From: Pristiophorus japonicus
Lineage: Eukaryota
Assembly (NCBI RefSeq): GCF_044704955.1
Contig: NC_091991.1
Span: 55,862,001-55,926,000, forward strand
Direction of reading: 5' to 3'
Length of the DNA stretch: 64,000 nt
Shown: piece by piece, positions 1-12,471 of the stretch
Numbering within the stretch: the stretch's first letter is position 1
How the letters are laid out: each line of letters opens with the position of its first letter
Translations under genes and position numbers: made by a program
Notes under the pieces: model-generated
Databases searched by the model: none
What the model was told of the DNA's origin: nothing
What the model saw: only the letters and a program-made list of their open reading frames with translations

Positions 1-63
1 TAAAACTGACTCCAGTTTCTGCAAAATGTGAAAAATATTCCTTGCTGATAATATAGAATCATG

Positions 64-1107
64 GGGCCCAAAATTGTCCAGGAGTGGCTCCGTTGTTTTT
101 GGAGCAACTTGATTTTTCTGGAGTATCTTAAAAATCCCCATTTTGCATATTCAATTTGCGCCAGTGTAAGTGAGTTAGTTAGGATTTTTTTTAGTTTAGT
201 TTTGTTTTGTTCAAAAGAGGGCGTTACCAGCCACCTACGCCATTTTGGCCATTTAAGCCAGTTTGGACAGCTAATAGTTGCTCCAAACTAACTTAGGCCA
301 ACGTATGTGGCCACTTGTGGACGCACAGAAAACCCTTGCGGAGAGTTAAGAAATCAGCGCAAGTAGGTATTTAATGACTTGACTAAAGAATGTGAATAGG
401 ATCAAACAGCTATACAGGACTGACAAACTTCGCAAAATTAATTTACTATACAACAGAAGCATTCATGGAAGCTTAAACTACAAACATAAAAGAAGTAAAG
501 AGACAAAACATATTTATATAATTTTTTCAAAATATCCAAATAAAAAATAGAAGTACCTCCTGCTCGTAGGAAAGTATTTTAATCAACAGGGTTAAGGAAA
601 GTCTTGAGTAAGCTCATTAAAATTACTGGCTACACAGTTATCACAACCTCCCTCCCCTCACCAAAACTCTCCTCTCTCCTCCCCCCCGATCAAAACTCTC
701 CTCCCCAACGATCAAAACTCTTCCCCCCCACCGTGCGATCAAAAGTCTCCCCGCACCAACCTGTTTCTTGTAGCCCTCAGTGCGGGAGGGCAGTGGGCTG
801 GCCTGTGCAGCAGGCCACTCGGTCCGGGTTGGGTCCCACGCTGCAAGTACACATCATCATAATCATAGGAGGATCTACTGCGCATGCGCGAACGCTCTAC
901 TGTGCATGCGGACAGCTGCCGACACTCTTTTAGGCGTACGGCCCTAGCTCCGCGCCCCCAATGGACTTGCCACGTCACGCCAAGCCCTGGGAGAGTCGGC
1001 AGAGGGGCCAGAATCCAGGGACACCTTTTTGGCGCCGTTTGGATCGTAGGAAGTTGCCGCATCTCACATGAGTGCGCCGAAAAAACAGGTGGGCCAAATT
1101 TGGGCAA
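64..1107. mobile_element. Non-autonomous PIF/Harbinger-like DNA transposon inserted in a CR1 tail
   Basis: Degenerate GGGCCC.AAATTG terminal inverted repeats, ATG on both flanks; a reverse-orientation relative lies at ~39385-40300. Confidence 0.6.
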
Positions 1108-3150
1108 ATGGTTACAGAACAGGAGGCCATTCAGCCTCTCGAGCTCATACCAGCTCTGTGCAAGAGCACGTCAACTAGTCTCACTCGTCTGCCCTTTCCC
1201 CATAGCCCTGCAATTTCTTTCCCTTCAGGTACTTATCCAATTCTCTTTTGAAAGCCACAATTGAATCTGCCTCAATCACCCTTTCAGGCAGTGCATTCCA
1301 GATCCTAACCACTCATTGTGTAAAAAAGTTTTTCCTCATGTCGCCTTTAGTTCTTCTGCCAATCACCTTAAATCTGTACCCTCTGGTTCTCGACCCTTCT
1401 GCCAATGGGAACAGTGTCTCTCTATCTACTCTGTCTAGACCCCTCATGATTTTGAACACCTCTATCAAATCTCTCAACCTTCTCTGCTCTAAGGAGAACA
1501 ACTCTCCTCACAATCAGTGTGAGCTGTGAGGAGGATGCTAAGAGGCTGCAGGGTGAGTTGGACAGGTTAGGTGAATGGACAAATGCATGGCAGATGCAGT
1601 AAAATGTGGATAAATGTGAGGTTATCTACTTTGGTTGCAAAAACAGGAAGGCAGAATATTATCTGAATGGTGACAGGGGAGGTGCAACGAGACCTGGGTG
1701 TCATGGTACATCAGTCATTGAAAGTTGCATGCAGGTACAGCAGGCGGCAAATAGCATATTGGCCTTCATAGCGAAAGGATTTGAGTACAGGAGCAGGGAG
1801 GTCTTACTGCAGTTGTATAGGGCCTTGGTGAATATTGTGTTCAGTTTTGGTCTCGTAATCTGAGGAAGGACATTCTTGCTATTGAGCGAGTGTAGCGAAG
1901 GTTCACCAGACTGATTCCCGGGATGGCAGGACTGACATATGAAAAAAGACTGGATCGACTCGGCTTATATTCACTGGAATTCAGAAGAATGAGAGGGGAT
2001 CTCATAGAAACGTTTAAAATTCTGATGGGATTGGACAGGATAGATGCAGGAAGAATGTTCCCGATGTTGGGGAAGTCCAGAACCAGGGGTCACAGTCTAA
2101 GGATAAGGAGTAAGCCATTTAGGACCGTGATGAGGAGAAACTTCTTCACTCAGAGAATTGTGAACCTGTGGAATTCTCTACCACAGAAAGTTGTTGAGGC
2201 CAGTTCGTTAGATATATTCAAAAGGGAGTTAGATGTGGCCCTTACAGCTAAAGGGATCAAGGGGTATGGAGAGAAAGCAGGAATGGAGTACTGAAGTTGC
2301 ATGATCGGCTATGATCATATGGTGGTGCAGGCTTGAAGGGCCGAAAGGCCTACTCCTGCACCTATTTTCTATATTTCTATGTTTCTAACCCCAACTTCTC
2401 CAGTCTATCCACGTAACTGAAGTCCCTTATCCCTGGAACCATTCTTGTAAATCTTTTCTGCACCCTCTCTAAGGCCTTCACATCCTTCCTAAAGTCCGGT
2501 GCCCAGAATTGACACAACACTCCAGTTGAGGCCGAACCAGTGTTTTATACGGGTTAATTATAACTTCCTTGCTTTTGTTCTCTATGCCTCTATTTATGAA
2601 GCCCAGGATCCCTTATGCTTTTTTAACCACTTTCTCAACCTGCCCTGCCACCTTCAACAATTTGTGCACATATACCACCAGGTCTCTCTGTTTATGCAGC
2701 CCCTTTAGAATTGTACCCTTTAGTTTATATTGCCTCCCCTCATTCTTACTAGCAAAATGTAGAACTTCACACTTTTCTGCTGTTAAATTTCATCTGCCAT
2801 GTGTCCACCCATTTCACCAGCCTGTCTATGTCATCTTGAAGTCTATCGCTCGCCTTCTCACTGTTCACTATACCTGTACTTCCAAGTTTTGTGTCATCTG
2901 CAAATTTTGAAATTGTGCCCTGTAAACCTATGTCTAGGTCATTAATATATATCAAGAAAAGCAGTGGTCCTAGTACTGATCCCTGGGGAACACCTGGGTG
3001 TACTTTCCTCTAGTCTGAAAAAACCGTTCACCACTACTTTCTGTTTTCGATCACTGAGCTCATTTCTTATTCATGCTGCCATTGTCCCTTTTATTCCATG
3101 GGCTTCAACTTTGTTGGGAAGCCTATTATGTGGCACTTTATCAAACGCCT
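1108..3150 (-). mobile_element. CR1/HER1-like LINE 3' fragment, split by a second CR1
   Basis: RT C-terminal motifs [37 protein letters not shown]; breaks at ~1505 and resumes at ~2390. Confidence 0.85.
1515..2385 (+). mobile_element. CR1/HER1-like LINE 3' fragment (nested)
   Basis: [41 protein letters not shown]; tail ggcctactcctgcacctattttctat. Confidence 0.9.
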
Positions 3151-3497
3151 TTGATCTAATACTGTTTTAAATTACCACTCTATTTGCTTTAAGACTCGTG
3201 ATTTCCATAGTCCTCATCTACCTGAACAGATGCTCCTTCAAGAATATTACACATTGCTAAATTTTCTATAAGTTATAATGGAAATGCTGCTCAGGTGGTA
3301 TTTGTCTCCTCACTAACTCACTCAGATGGGATGGAGGCTGAGATTTTAATTAAGAAAAAAATATTCAATGCAAGAGACCAGTGCAATTTTGAAACATTGA
3401 AATTCAAGGCTAGATGTGATTTCTGTCGATTTTGAGCAGATTTTTAATTGTTTTTTGCCTTGTATCACTGCTTGAATTTTTTGTACAAATACCACAT

Positions 3498-3902
3498 CAT
3501 CATCATCATCATAGGCAGTCCCTCAAAATCGAGGAAGACTTGCTTCCACTCTCAGAGTGAGTTCTTAGGTGACTGAACAGTCCAATACAGGAATTACAGT
3601 CCCTGTCACAGGTGGGACAGTCGTTGAGGGAAAGGGTGGGTGGGACTGGTTTGCCACACGCTCCTTCCGCTGCCTGTGCTTGCTTTCTGCATGCTCTCGG
3701 TGATGAGACTCGAGGTGATCAGCGCCCTCCAGGATGCTCTCCCTCCACTTGGGGCGGTCTTTGGCCAGGGACTCCCAGGTGTCGGTGGGGATGTTGCATT
3801 TTATCAAGGAGGCTTTGAGGGTGCCCTTGAGTCGTTTCCTCTGCCCACCTGGGGCTCGCTTGCCATGTAGGAGTTCAGAGTAGAGCGCTTGCTCTACTCT
3901 AC
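3498..3902 (-). mobile_element. RTE-clade LINE 3' fragment
   Basis: LYSELLHGKRAPGGQRKR...WESLAKDRPKWR; (CAT)n tail; TSD ATACCACAT at 3489-3497 and 3903-3911. Confidence 0.88.
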
Positions 3903-4379
3903 ATACCACATAAAGAAACTGTGTCAGAGAATCAGTGTAATGGGTTGAATGATTTATCTTGTGGGTTTACTGCACATGGTTATTCAGGAATCAAAATCTC
4001 TGTGCCAACGTATTAAAATGAGTGAGACTGGAAGTAAATCTTAATAACAAGTAAATGAAGTAAAATGAGAAATGTAACACCATTGAAATGTATTAAACGA
4101 GAGGTAGACAACAGAGGATAAAGATGATAAAGAGGAAATAGTACTTAATCTGTTTCTGAAAATGAAGAGAATGAGATAAATTGTTACTAAGCACAGCAAA
4201 GGAGGAATGAGACAGAAATAAAGAAAGAGAAGCTGACCAGGAAATTTATACCGAGTCTTGCAAAATTTTAAAAAGCACAATATTGTGCTTTTATGCTTAA
4301 AAAAAATGAAATATACAGGTTTGACAAGTTAAGTAAGATTTAAAAAATCACCTGGGGAATTAAACTAGGCATGAGGAAT

Positions 4380-4650
4380 GAAAAGACAGAGAAAATCAAA
4401 AGAAGAAAAACATTTCATAGGTGGATGAAAATAAGAATCAGAAAAGAATAAAAGAACAGAACAAGGAGAGAGAATGAGAAAGAGAAACAAACAATAAAGA
4501 GAAAACAGGAAAAAGAAAAGACATGAGACATGGGTTTAAAAAGATGTTAAAGAGAGAGAGAACGATAAAGAAAGAGGATGAAAAGAAAAAGGAAAGGCTA
4601 CATAAAGAATCTGTCTATAAAGGAAAAAAGAAAGTTTGAAGAGAAAAGCA
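4380..4650. repeat. Purine-rich (GA/GAAA) low-complexity tract
   Basis: Almost all A/G on the + strand. Confidence 0.7.
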
Positions 4651-5189
4651 CAATACTCAGGAATTTTATTTTGAATTACTGTGATTTTTTTTGTGCACAA
4701 TTTTCCTTACCTTTTTAGCTCTAAGATTTTCTCGTCATTTTTACTGTTTTCCACTCTGTCTCCAGATTGATATCTCTCTGAGGGAAGCAGGGAGCAGCTT
4801 CTCTGGTTTCTTAGGACCTGGAATATCTTCTAAGATTTTCCCAGTGTTTGAGCAGCTTTTCAAGTCCCTTCCGTCTGGCCTCAGAGTGTTGAGGAAAGCT
4901 TCACAGACCAGTAGCAAAGAGTCGAACTCTTTTTCTGTTCTTCAAGGTAGACGGAGGATTGTGTCAGACTCCTGCGTTTTGGGATCAGGTAATTCCTCTC
5001 AGATCAAAGAGCTGCTCTGACTCTTCAGAATCCTGCCTCCTCCCACCCAGACGCTTGGAAATGTTTGAATAGCGATGATTGAAATAATTTCACTACAGCA
5101 TCGATGGCGATCAGATTTCAGCTTTGCAGAGTGGATCGCAGAAGAGATGGATAAATTGGCAGGGAGCTAGAAAATCAGACAGAGTCAGA

Positions 5190-5395
5190 AATATAGAGAT
5201 GTAGTACTATCAAGACAAATGTATGCACACATACACACATGGTGATAGATAGGAGCAATAGATACAGAAAGATAGCGCAATAGATAAACACAGATGGATA
5301 CATTAATAAGATAGATACAAAGAGGTAGCTAAAGTGATAAATGGAAGGCTAGGTAGACTGATAGAAAAAGATCAGTAGATAGATTATGATGATGA
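5190..5395. repeat. Degenerate (GATA)n-like simple repeat
   Basis: Repeated gatagata/tagata motifs. Confidence 0.55.
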
Positions 5396-5457
5396 GGACA
5401 ATTGTTTATTCGAATATATCTGTTGATTATACTCCAGTAATGTTGAATTATTGTTGC

Positions 5458-5765
5458 TGTGCTGAGGGAGTGCTGTACTGTTGGAGGTGCTATCTTTCGG
5501 ATGAGATGTTAAACCGAGTTCTCCCTCTGCTCTCTCAGGTGGTCGTAAAAGACCCAATGGCACTATTTTGAACAAGAGCAGGGGAATTCTCCCCGGTGTC
5601 CTGGCCAACGTTTATCTCTCAATCTACATCACTAAAACAGATTATCTGGTCATTATCACATTGATGTGCTGTCTGCAAATTGCCCAATGTGTTTCCTACA
5701 TTACAACAGTGACTACACTTCAAAAGTACTTTATTGGCTGTAAAGCACTCTGGGATCTTTCTTTC
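5458..5765 (+). mobile_element. Deu-domain SINE (SacSINE1-like), 5' truncated
   Basis: gagggagtgctg...gatgagatgttaaaccgag...ggcactattttgaa...aacagtgactacacttcaaaag, shared with many copies in the window. Confidence 0.8.
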
Positions 5766-5890
5766 AATCAGCAATGTGGAATTTCACAACTTACCTTTTA
5801 CTGAACTCAACAGCACTGTTGTGATGTAATGCTCGCTTTACAACAAGAAGAAACAGTTCTGTAGTATGTTGGGACTTCCAGTACAGTGGA

Positions 5891-8638
5891 TGTTATGTAT
5901 ATAAACACTACCAAAGTGTAAGACTTGCCACCAGGGGGCACACCTGTGGGAGACCCAAGGGTCACCTGCACACCCTGGGCAAGCAGGTATAAAAGGCAAA
6001 AGACCATGCTGCCTCCTCACTCTAGAGTTACAATTAAGAGACCAAGGTCACAACAGTTTGAGCTTAAGATGTGCAGCCTTGTGGAGTTATTCTAAACATA
6101 ACAATTGGCGATGAGTAACAGATCACGAACTTTCACGCAGTTATGGCTGCCGTTGGTATTCTTGAAAGATTTGTTGAGGGTAATGATTGGGAAGCCTTCG
6201 TTGAGTGTCTTGACCAGTACTTCGTGGCCAACGAGCTGGAAAAGGAAGAAACCGCGATCAAGCGCAGGGCGATTCTCCTCTCCGTTTGCGGGTCCACGAT
6301 ATATGGCCTCATCAAGAATCTGCTAGCGCCAACAAAACCAACGGACAAGACATATGAAGAGTTGTGCACACTGGTTCGGGAATACCTCAAGCCGAAGGAG
6401 AACATCTTGATGGTCAGATATCGCTTTTATACGCATCACCACTCCGATGGCCAGGACACGGCGAGCTATGTTGCCGATCTAAGACGCCTTGCGGGACCGT
6501 GAGCATTTGCTGGATTTTTGGGGGAAGTGTTGCGGGACTTTTTCGTGCTTGGAATCGGCCACGAGGTCATTCTTCGCAAACTGTTGTCTGCCGAATCCCT
6601 AGATCTGAACAAGGCCATCACGATAGCCCAGGCTTTTATGTCCATGAACGATAACACCAAACAGATATCATTGCAGCAACGGAACTCACCGGCAAGTACT
6701 GTGCATAAAATAACACCTTCAGCAGGCTGCAAACTTGGAGATATTACATTCAATTCCTTCGTCCACATCATTAATGTATATTGTAAATAGCTGGGGGCCC
6801 AGCACTGAACCTTGTGGTATCCCACTAGTCACTGCCTGCCATTCTGAAAAGGACCTGTTTATCCCGACTCTCTGCTTCGTGTCTGCCAACCAGTTCTCTT
6901 TCCACATCAATACATTACCCCCAATTCCATGTGCTTTAATTTAGCACACTAGTCTCTCATGTGGGACCTTGTCAAAGGCCTTTTGAAAGTCCAAATATAC
7001 CACATCCACTGGTTCTCCCTTGTCCAGTCTACTAGTTACATTCTCAAAAAATTCTAGAAGGTTTGTCAAGCATGATTTCCCTTTCATAAATCTGTGCTGA
7101 CTTGCTGTCACTGCTTTCCAAATGCGCTGCTATTACGTCTTTAATAATTGATTCCAGCATTTTCCCCACTACTGATGTCAGGCTAACCGGTCTATAATTT
7201 CCTGTTTTCTCTCTCCCTCCTTTTTCTCACCCATTCTGTAGGCTCTTTCAGCCTTAGATGAGCTTCTGGATGCATATGCAACCGGTTGCAGTTTACCTGA
7301 CCCATTGGCTTGCTGTAATACATAATCGACACCGTACGAAGATGCATCACAAGCTAGTACTAAAGGTTTACACGGGTCATACAATACAAGTAACTTGTTA
7401 GAACATAGCAGGTTTCTGGCCTTATTAAAGGCTGTCTCTTGAGATTTACCCCAAACCCAGTCGTCACCCTTGCGTAGCAATAAATGCAATAGTTCCAGCA
7501 AAGTACTCAACCCCGGTAGAAAGTTACCAAAATAGTTGAGGAGTCCCAGGAACAAACATCCACTGCCATCATTGAAAGCCTCCGGGCCATGTTTACCACC
7601 CATGGTTTGCCCAACGTCCTTGGTAGTGACAATGGACCATGCTTCACCAGCTCGAAATTCAACGAGTTCATGACCCACAATGGCATCAAGCATGTCAGGT
7701 CTGCGGTGTTTAAGCCCGCATCCAATGGTCAAGCGGAACGGGCAGTCCAAACCATCAAGCAGAGCTTGAAACGCGTGACGGGTGGTTCCCTGCAGACCCA
7801 GTTAGCTTGGATTCTGCTCAGCTATCGCACGCGACCCCACTCGCTTACCGGGATTCCCCCTGCAGAATTGCTAATGGAGAGCACTCAAAACTAGGCTCTC
7901 CTTAGTCCAGCCGGAGCTCAATGATCATGTACAAACCCGGCGTCACCGGCATAACATATACTACGATTGCGCAGCTGTATCACGTGACATTGAGGTCATT
8001 GACCCTGTGTTTGTTCTCAATTATGGTCATGGTCCCAAATGTTTTGCTGGCACTGTGTTAGCCAAGGAGAGGAATAGAGTGTTTGTTGTCAAACTTTTGA
8101 ACGGACAAATGTGCAGAAAGCACTTGGAGCAGACCAAACTGCGGTTCACTGACAACCAAGAACAGTTTGGAGAGGACATTACCATCATTGATCCACCCAC
8201 ACACACCCAACCAGCAATCAACCTCGGGGTCAACCACGAGGATGAACCCACCATGCCCGACAGTCCGATCAGACCAGCCACATCACAGTGCAGCAATGAT
8301 CTGACCGACTCACCCATGCCAGGACTTCAACTCAGGCGATCAACCCAGGAACGCAGAGCCCCGGATCGCCTCAACTTGTAAATAACTTATACATAAGACT
8401 TTGGGGGGGTGGGGGGGGGTGGTGAATGACGTTATGTATGTAAACACTACCAAAGTGTAAGACTTGCCACCAGGGGGCGTACCTGTGGGAGACCCAAGGG
8501 TCACCTGCTCACCTGAGCAAGCAGGTATAAAAGGCAGACTACCATGCTGCCTCCTCACTCTGGAGTTACAATAAAAAGTCCAAGGTCACAACAGTTTGAG
8601 CTGTTGTGCAGTCTTGTGGAGTTATTTTAAACGTAACA
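5891..8638 (+). mobile_element. Gypsy LTR retrotransposon, deleted and rearranged (LTRs 5891-6103 and 8430-8638)
   Basis: Paired LTRs, 5-bp TSD GTGGA on both sides, PBS TGGCGATGAG (6106), G-rich PPT (~8403), gag ERFVEGNDWEAFVE, integrase SDNGPCFTS...SNGQAER. Confidence 0.93.
6723..7225 (-). mobile_element. CR1 RT fragment inside the Gypsy element
   Basis: [22 protein letters not shown]...ISKFA on the minus strand. Confidence 0.85.
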
Positions 8639-9334
8639 GTGGAAGCACCCCAATTGCATTGCACCAAAGTAGCAGGAACAAAGGAACAACAGGGCATAGA
8701 GTTTAAAAGTCACAAACTGTTACCTGGGAAGGTGTATACATGCAAGCAAAGTGAAAACCACATCACTACCCTATATAGCTGGTAGGCTGAGTACTTTCCC
8801 ATCAACAGCAAGCATTTACTTTTACTGAGTGGTGCACTGCTGCCTCTTGAGGTTGTTCTCTATTCTCAGTGGCAGTAGCTCCATCTTATCTACATTGCTA
8901 AAGTGCTGCTGAAGTCAAGGCTGCCACTGGCAGCAGCACTGTAATGTAGAAGGGCACCTTTCAGACAGGATTAGATTGGGAGGTGCCCCAAATTTACTGG
9001 GAAAGAACACATATAATATCCTCTATTTATGTAAATTTGGTGCTGCAACTGGGCTCCATTTTGAATAAGTGATTGCAATTGATTAGAGCTGCCCTGAATT
9101 TGTTATATTTATCCATAATTAATAGTCTAAAAACGTGGGCCCTGAAATTCCAAGTCCCGCAATCCGCAAGAGCGGAGTTGTGGCATTTCCACTTGCAAAA
9201 CGGCCTGACACACACCCCATCAGAAATCCCAGACATCAGCTAATTAGAATATTGCTGGGCAGCACAAAAATGCAAGTCCCACCAGCAACTATCAGTTACA
9301 CCAGGATGCCCAGAAAATATGTGGAGGAGTGAAA

Positions 9335-10690
9335 GAAGCAAAAATGCTGGAGTCCATTATTAAGGAAGTGATAGCAGGATATTTAGAAAATCAAAATACA
9401 ATTCAGCAGAGTCAGCATGGTTTTATGAAAGGGAAATCATGTTTGACAAATTTGCTAGAGTACTTTGAGGATTCAACGGGCAGGGTGGATAAGGGGGAAC
9501 CAGTGGATGTGGTGTATTTGGATTTCCAGAAGGCATTCGATAAGGTGCCATAATAAAAGGTTACTGCACAAGATAAGAGCTCAAGGTGTTAGGGGTAATA
9601 TATTAGCATGGATAGAGGATTGACTAATTAACAGAAAACAGAGAGTCGGGATAAATGGGTCATCTTCAGGTTGGCAAACTATAACTAGCGGGGTGTCACA
9701 GGGATCAGTGCTGGGGCCTCAACTGTTTATAATCTATATTAATGACTTGGATGAAGGGACCGAGTGTAATGTAGCCAAACTTTGCTGATGATACAAAGAT
9801 AGGTGGGAGAGCAACTTGTGAAGAGGACACAAAGAATCTGCAAAGGGATAGAGATAGGTTAAGTGAGTGGGCAAAAATTTGACAGATGGAGTATAATGTG
9901 GGAAAATGTGAGCTTATCCACTTTGGTAGGAAAAACAAAAAAGAAAATTATTTAAATGGAGATTACAAAATGCTGCAGTACAGAGGAATCTGAGGGTCCT
10001 TGTACATGAAACACAAAAAAAAGCATGCAGGTACAGCAAGTAATTAGGAAGGCAAATGGAATGTTGGCCTTTATTGCAAGGGGATGGAGTATAAAAGCAG
10101 GGAAGTCCTGCTATAACTGTACAGGGTGTTGGTGAGACCACACCTAGAGTACTGTGTACAGTTCTGGTCTTCTTATTTAAGGAGGGATATACTTGCATTG
10201 GAGGCAGTTCAGAGAAGGTTCACTAGGTTGATTCCAGCGATGAAGGGGTTGTCTTATGAAGAAAGGTTGAGCCTATACTCATTGGAGTTTAGAAGAATGC
10301 GACGTGATCTTATTCTGATAAGATTCTGAGGGGGCTTGACATGGTAGATGCAGCGAGGATGTTTCCCCTCATGGAGGAATCTAGAACTAGGGGGCATAGT
10401 TTCAGAATAGGGGTCGCCCATTTAAAACAGAGATGAGGAGGAATTTCTTCTCTCAGAGGGTCATGAACCTTTGGAATTCTCTGCCCCAGAGAGCTGTGGA
10501 GGCTGGGTCATTGAATATAGTTAAGGTGGAGATAGACAGATTTTTGAACGATAGGGGTGTCAAGGGTATGGGGAGCGGGCAGGAAAGTGGAGTTGAGGCC
10601 AAGTACAGATCAGCCATGATCTTATTGAATGGCGGAGCAAGCTCAAGGGGCCAAGTGGCCTACTCCTGCTCCTATTTCTTGTTATGTTAA
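9335..10690 (+). mobile_element. CR1/HER1-like LINE 3' fragment, probably inserted in a Harbinger-like remnant starting at 9137
   Basis: [49 protein letters not shown]1 tail. Confidence 0.9.
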
Positions 10691-10851
10691 GCACTTGTAA
10701 GAATGCAGTTGCTGCACTTCAAGCTGGACTACTCTTAAAGCAGAGACAGCAGGCAGAAAGCTCAAGAAATGTGCAATTGGGAGCCCGATTTAAAGTTTAA
10801 TAGCTGCCGTGGGTGTTTTCAGGGCTAGGGAAACCCAGGAGCGCATGGGAG

Positions 10852-11130
10852 GTGGAAGTTAAAGATCGTATGGCAATATTTCGAAGAAGGGCAGGGGAAT
10901 TCTCACAGTGTCCTAGCCAACATTTATTCCTCAATCAACGTCACTGAAACATTATCTGGTCATTATCACATTGCTGTTTGTGGGAGCTTGCTGTGGGCAA
11001 ATTGGCTGTCGCATTTCCTACATTATGACAGTGACTACACTTCAAAAAAAAGTACTTCGTTGGCTGGAAAGCGCTTTGGGACGTCCTGAGGTCGTGAAAG
11101 GCGCTATATAAATCCAAGTCTTTTTTCTGA
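10852..11130 (+). mobile_element. Deu-domain SINE 3' part
   Basis: Same consensus as other copies; ends gaaaggcgctatataaatccaagtcttttt. Confidence 0.8.
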
Positions 11131-11179
11131 CATTACTCTTTTGAGCCTGGCTAATAGTGTCCTTACCTGCACTCGGGGG

Positions 11180-11600
11180 TTACGCCCCTTCTCAATGCAG
11201 TAACAGGCGGAAAGCGAAGGCGGCAGTACACGATTGAATGACTCCAATGGTTGCGATTGGTCACTGGAGTCCCGTCATTCTGGCATTGAGCAGCGGGGGG
11301 GCGCTGTCGGGCCAGCGCAGGCGCACTGCGGCTCGCGATGGACGTGGGGCTGCGCGCGCCGACAGGTCAGTGAGAAACATTGGCCGCAACAACAATAGGG
11401 GAGAGACAGTGTAAGAGCGTGTGTAACCGTGTGAGCAACCCACCACTCCGGGGCTCGGGCCTCGGGCCTCGGGCCAGACACCCGCCGGCAGCATCGGCCG
11501 CCCGCACCCGCCGCTCACCCAGGCCTGTCCCGGCCAAGCAGCAGTCACGCTCCCAGAAAATGCCCATCGGATGACGTTCCAATGATCAGCACATTGAGGC
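11180..11600 (+). promoter_or_regulatory. PRDM4: CpG-island promoter and putative first exon of PRDM4 (donor cag|gtcagt after 11365)
   Basis: CpG-rich non-repeat patch; CCAAT (11244) and ATTGG (11256), GC box ~11296, NRF1-like GCGCAGGCGCA 11315-11325, ETS-like GCGGAA ~11207. Confidence 0.7.
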
Positions 11601-11809
11601 CAGGGAGTGAGATTCATTCTCCAACATCCCAGAGCGAACTCCTGACAACCTCCGCCAAACACTGTCGCTCTGACACAGCGACAGCCCCAGCCCTGTGACT
11701 GTTACTGTGCAATATTTGGACTGACCCCGCGCAGGTCATTGTTGTATTAACCAAACTGTGTCTGCACCGCCTGTGTGTGTCCGGCCTGTGTCTGCACCGA
11801 CTACTAAAC

Positions 11810-11975
11810 CTCCATCTCTCTTTAAAGCCTCTCTCTTTGACCAAGCTTTTGGTCACCTGCCCTAATATCTCCTTATGTGGCTCGATGTCAAATGTTTTTG
11901 CTAATCACTCCTGTGAAGCACCTTGGGTCATTTTACTGCGTTAAAAGGCACTATATGAATACAAGTTGTTTTTGT
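11810..11975 (+). mobile_element. L2-like LINE 3' tail
   Basis: ctctttgaccaagcttttggtcacc...aaggcactatatgaatacaagttg; similar to 44680-44755. Confidence 0.6.
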
Positions 11976-12471
11976 CTGTGTGGGTCCTGTGTATGCACCG
12001 ACTGAGTACGGCCCGCGTCTGCTCGGGCTCTGGTCACGACCCGCGTCTGCTCGGTCTCTGGGGCACTATTTACGTCTGCTCGTGCTCTGGGCACAGCCGC
12101 TTCTGATAAGGCAGTAATTGGCTGGGTTGTATTTGTCCTGCTTTTTGTGAACAGGACGTATATGTACGCAACCTTTGTGTGATCCGCAGATTAAAAACCT
12201 ATGAGCAAGCACCTATATATATTAGTGGATTTATCCTAGTGGTTTGTGTTTGTGCTTGCCTTTGTACTAGGTTTCTGCAGGGTATTTAGTGGGTTTTGTT
12301 GGTGTGTGCTGGTTGGCTTTGTACTTGATAAGTATATTTATATACGGAGAGGGTCTGTGCTGTGCTGATGTGTCTTCTCGGTGGGTTTCAGTAGGATGGG
12401 TTTGGGCTGGTGCTTCTATACTGTGTTTTGGGCTGGTATCTGTATTGGGAGAGCTGGTGTGGGCCAACGTG

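Noticed and set aside
7178-7750. 190-aa ORF as a novel fusion protein
   Set aside because: Chance read-through across antisense integrase, inverted RNase H and CR1 pieces.
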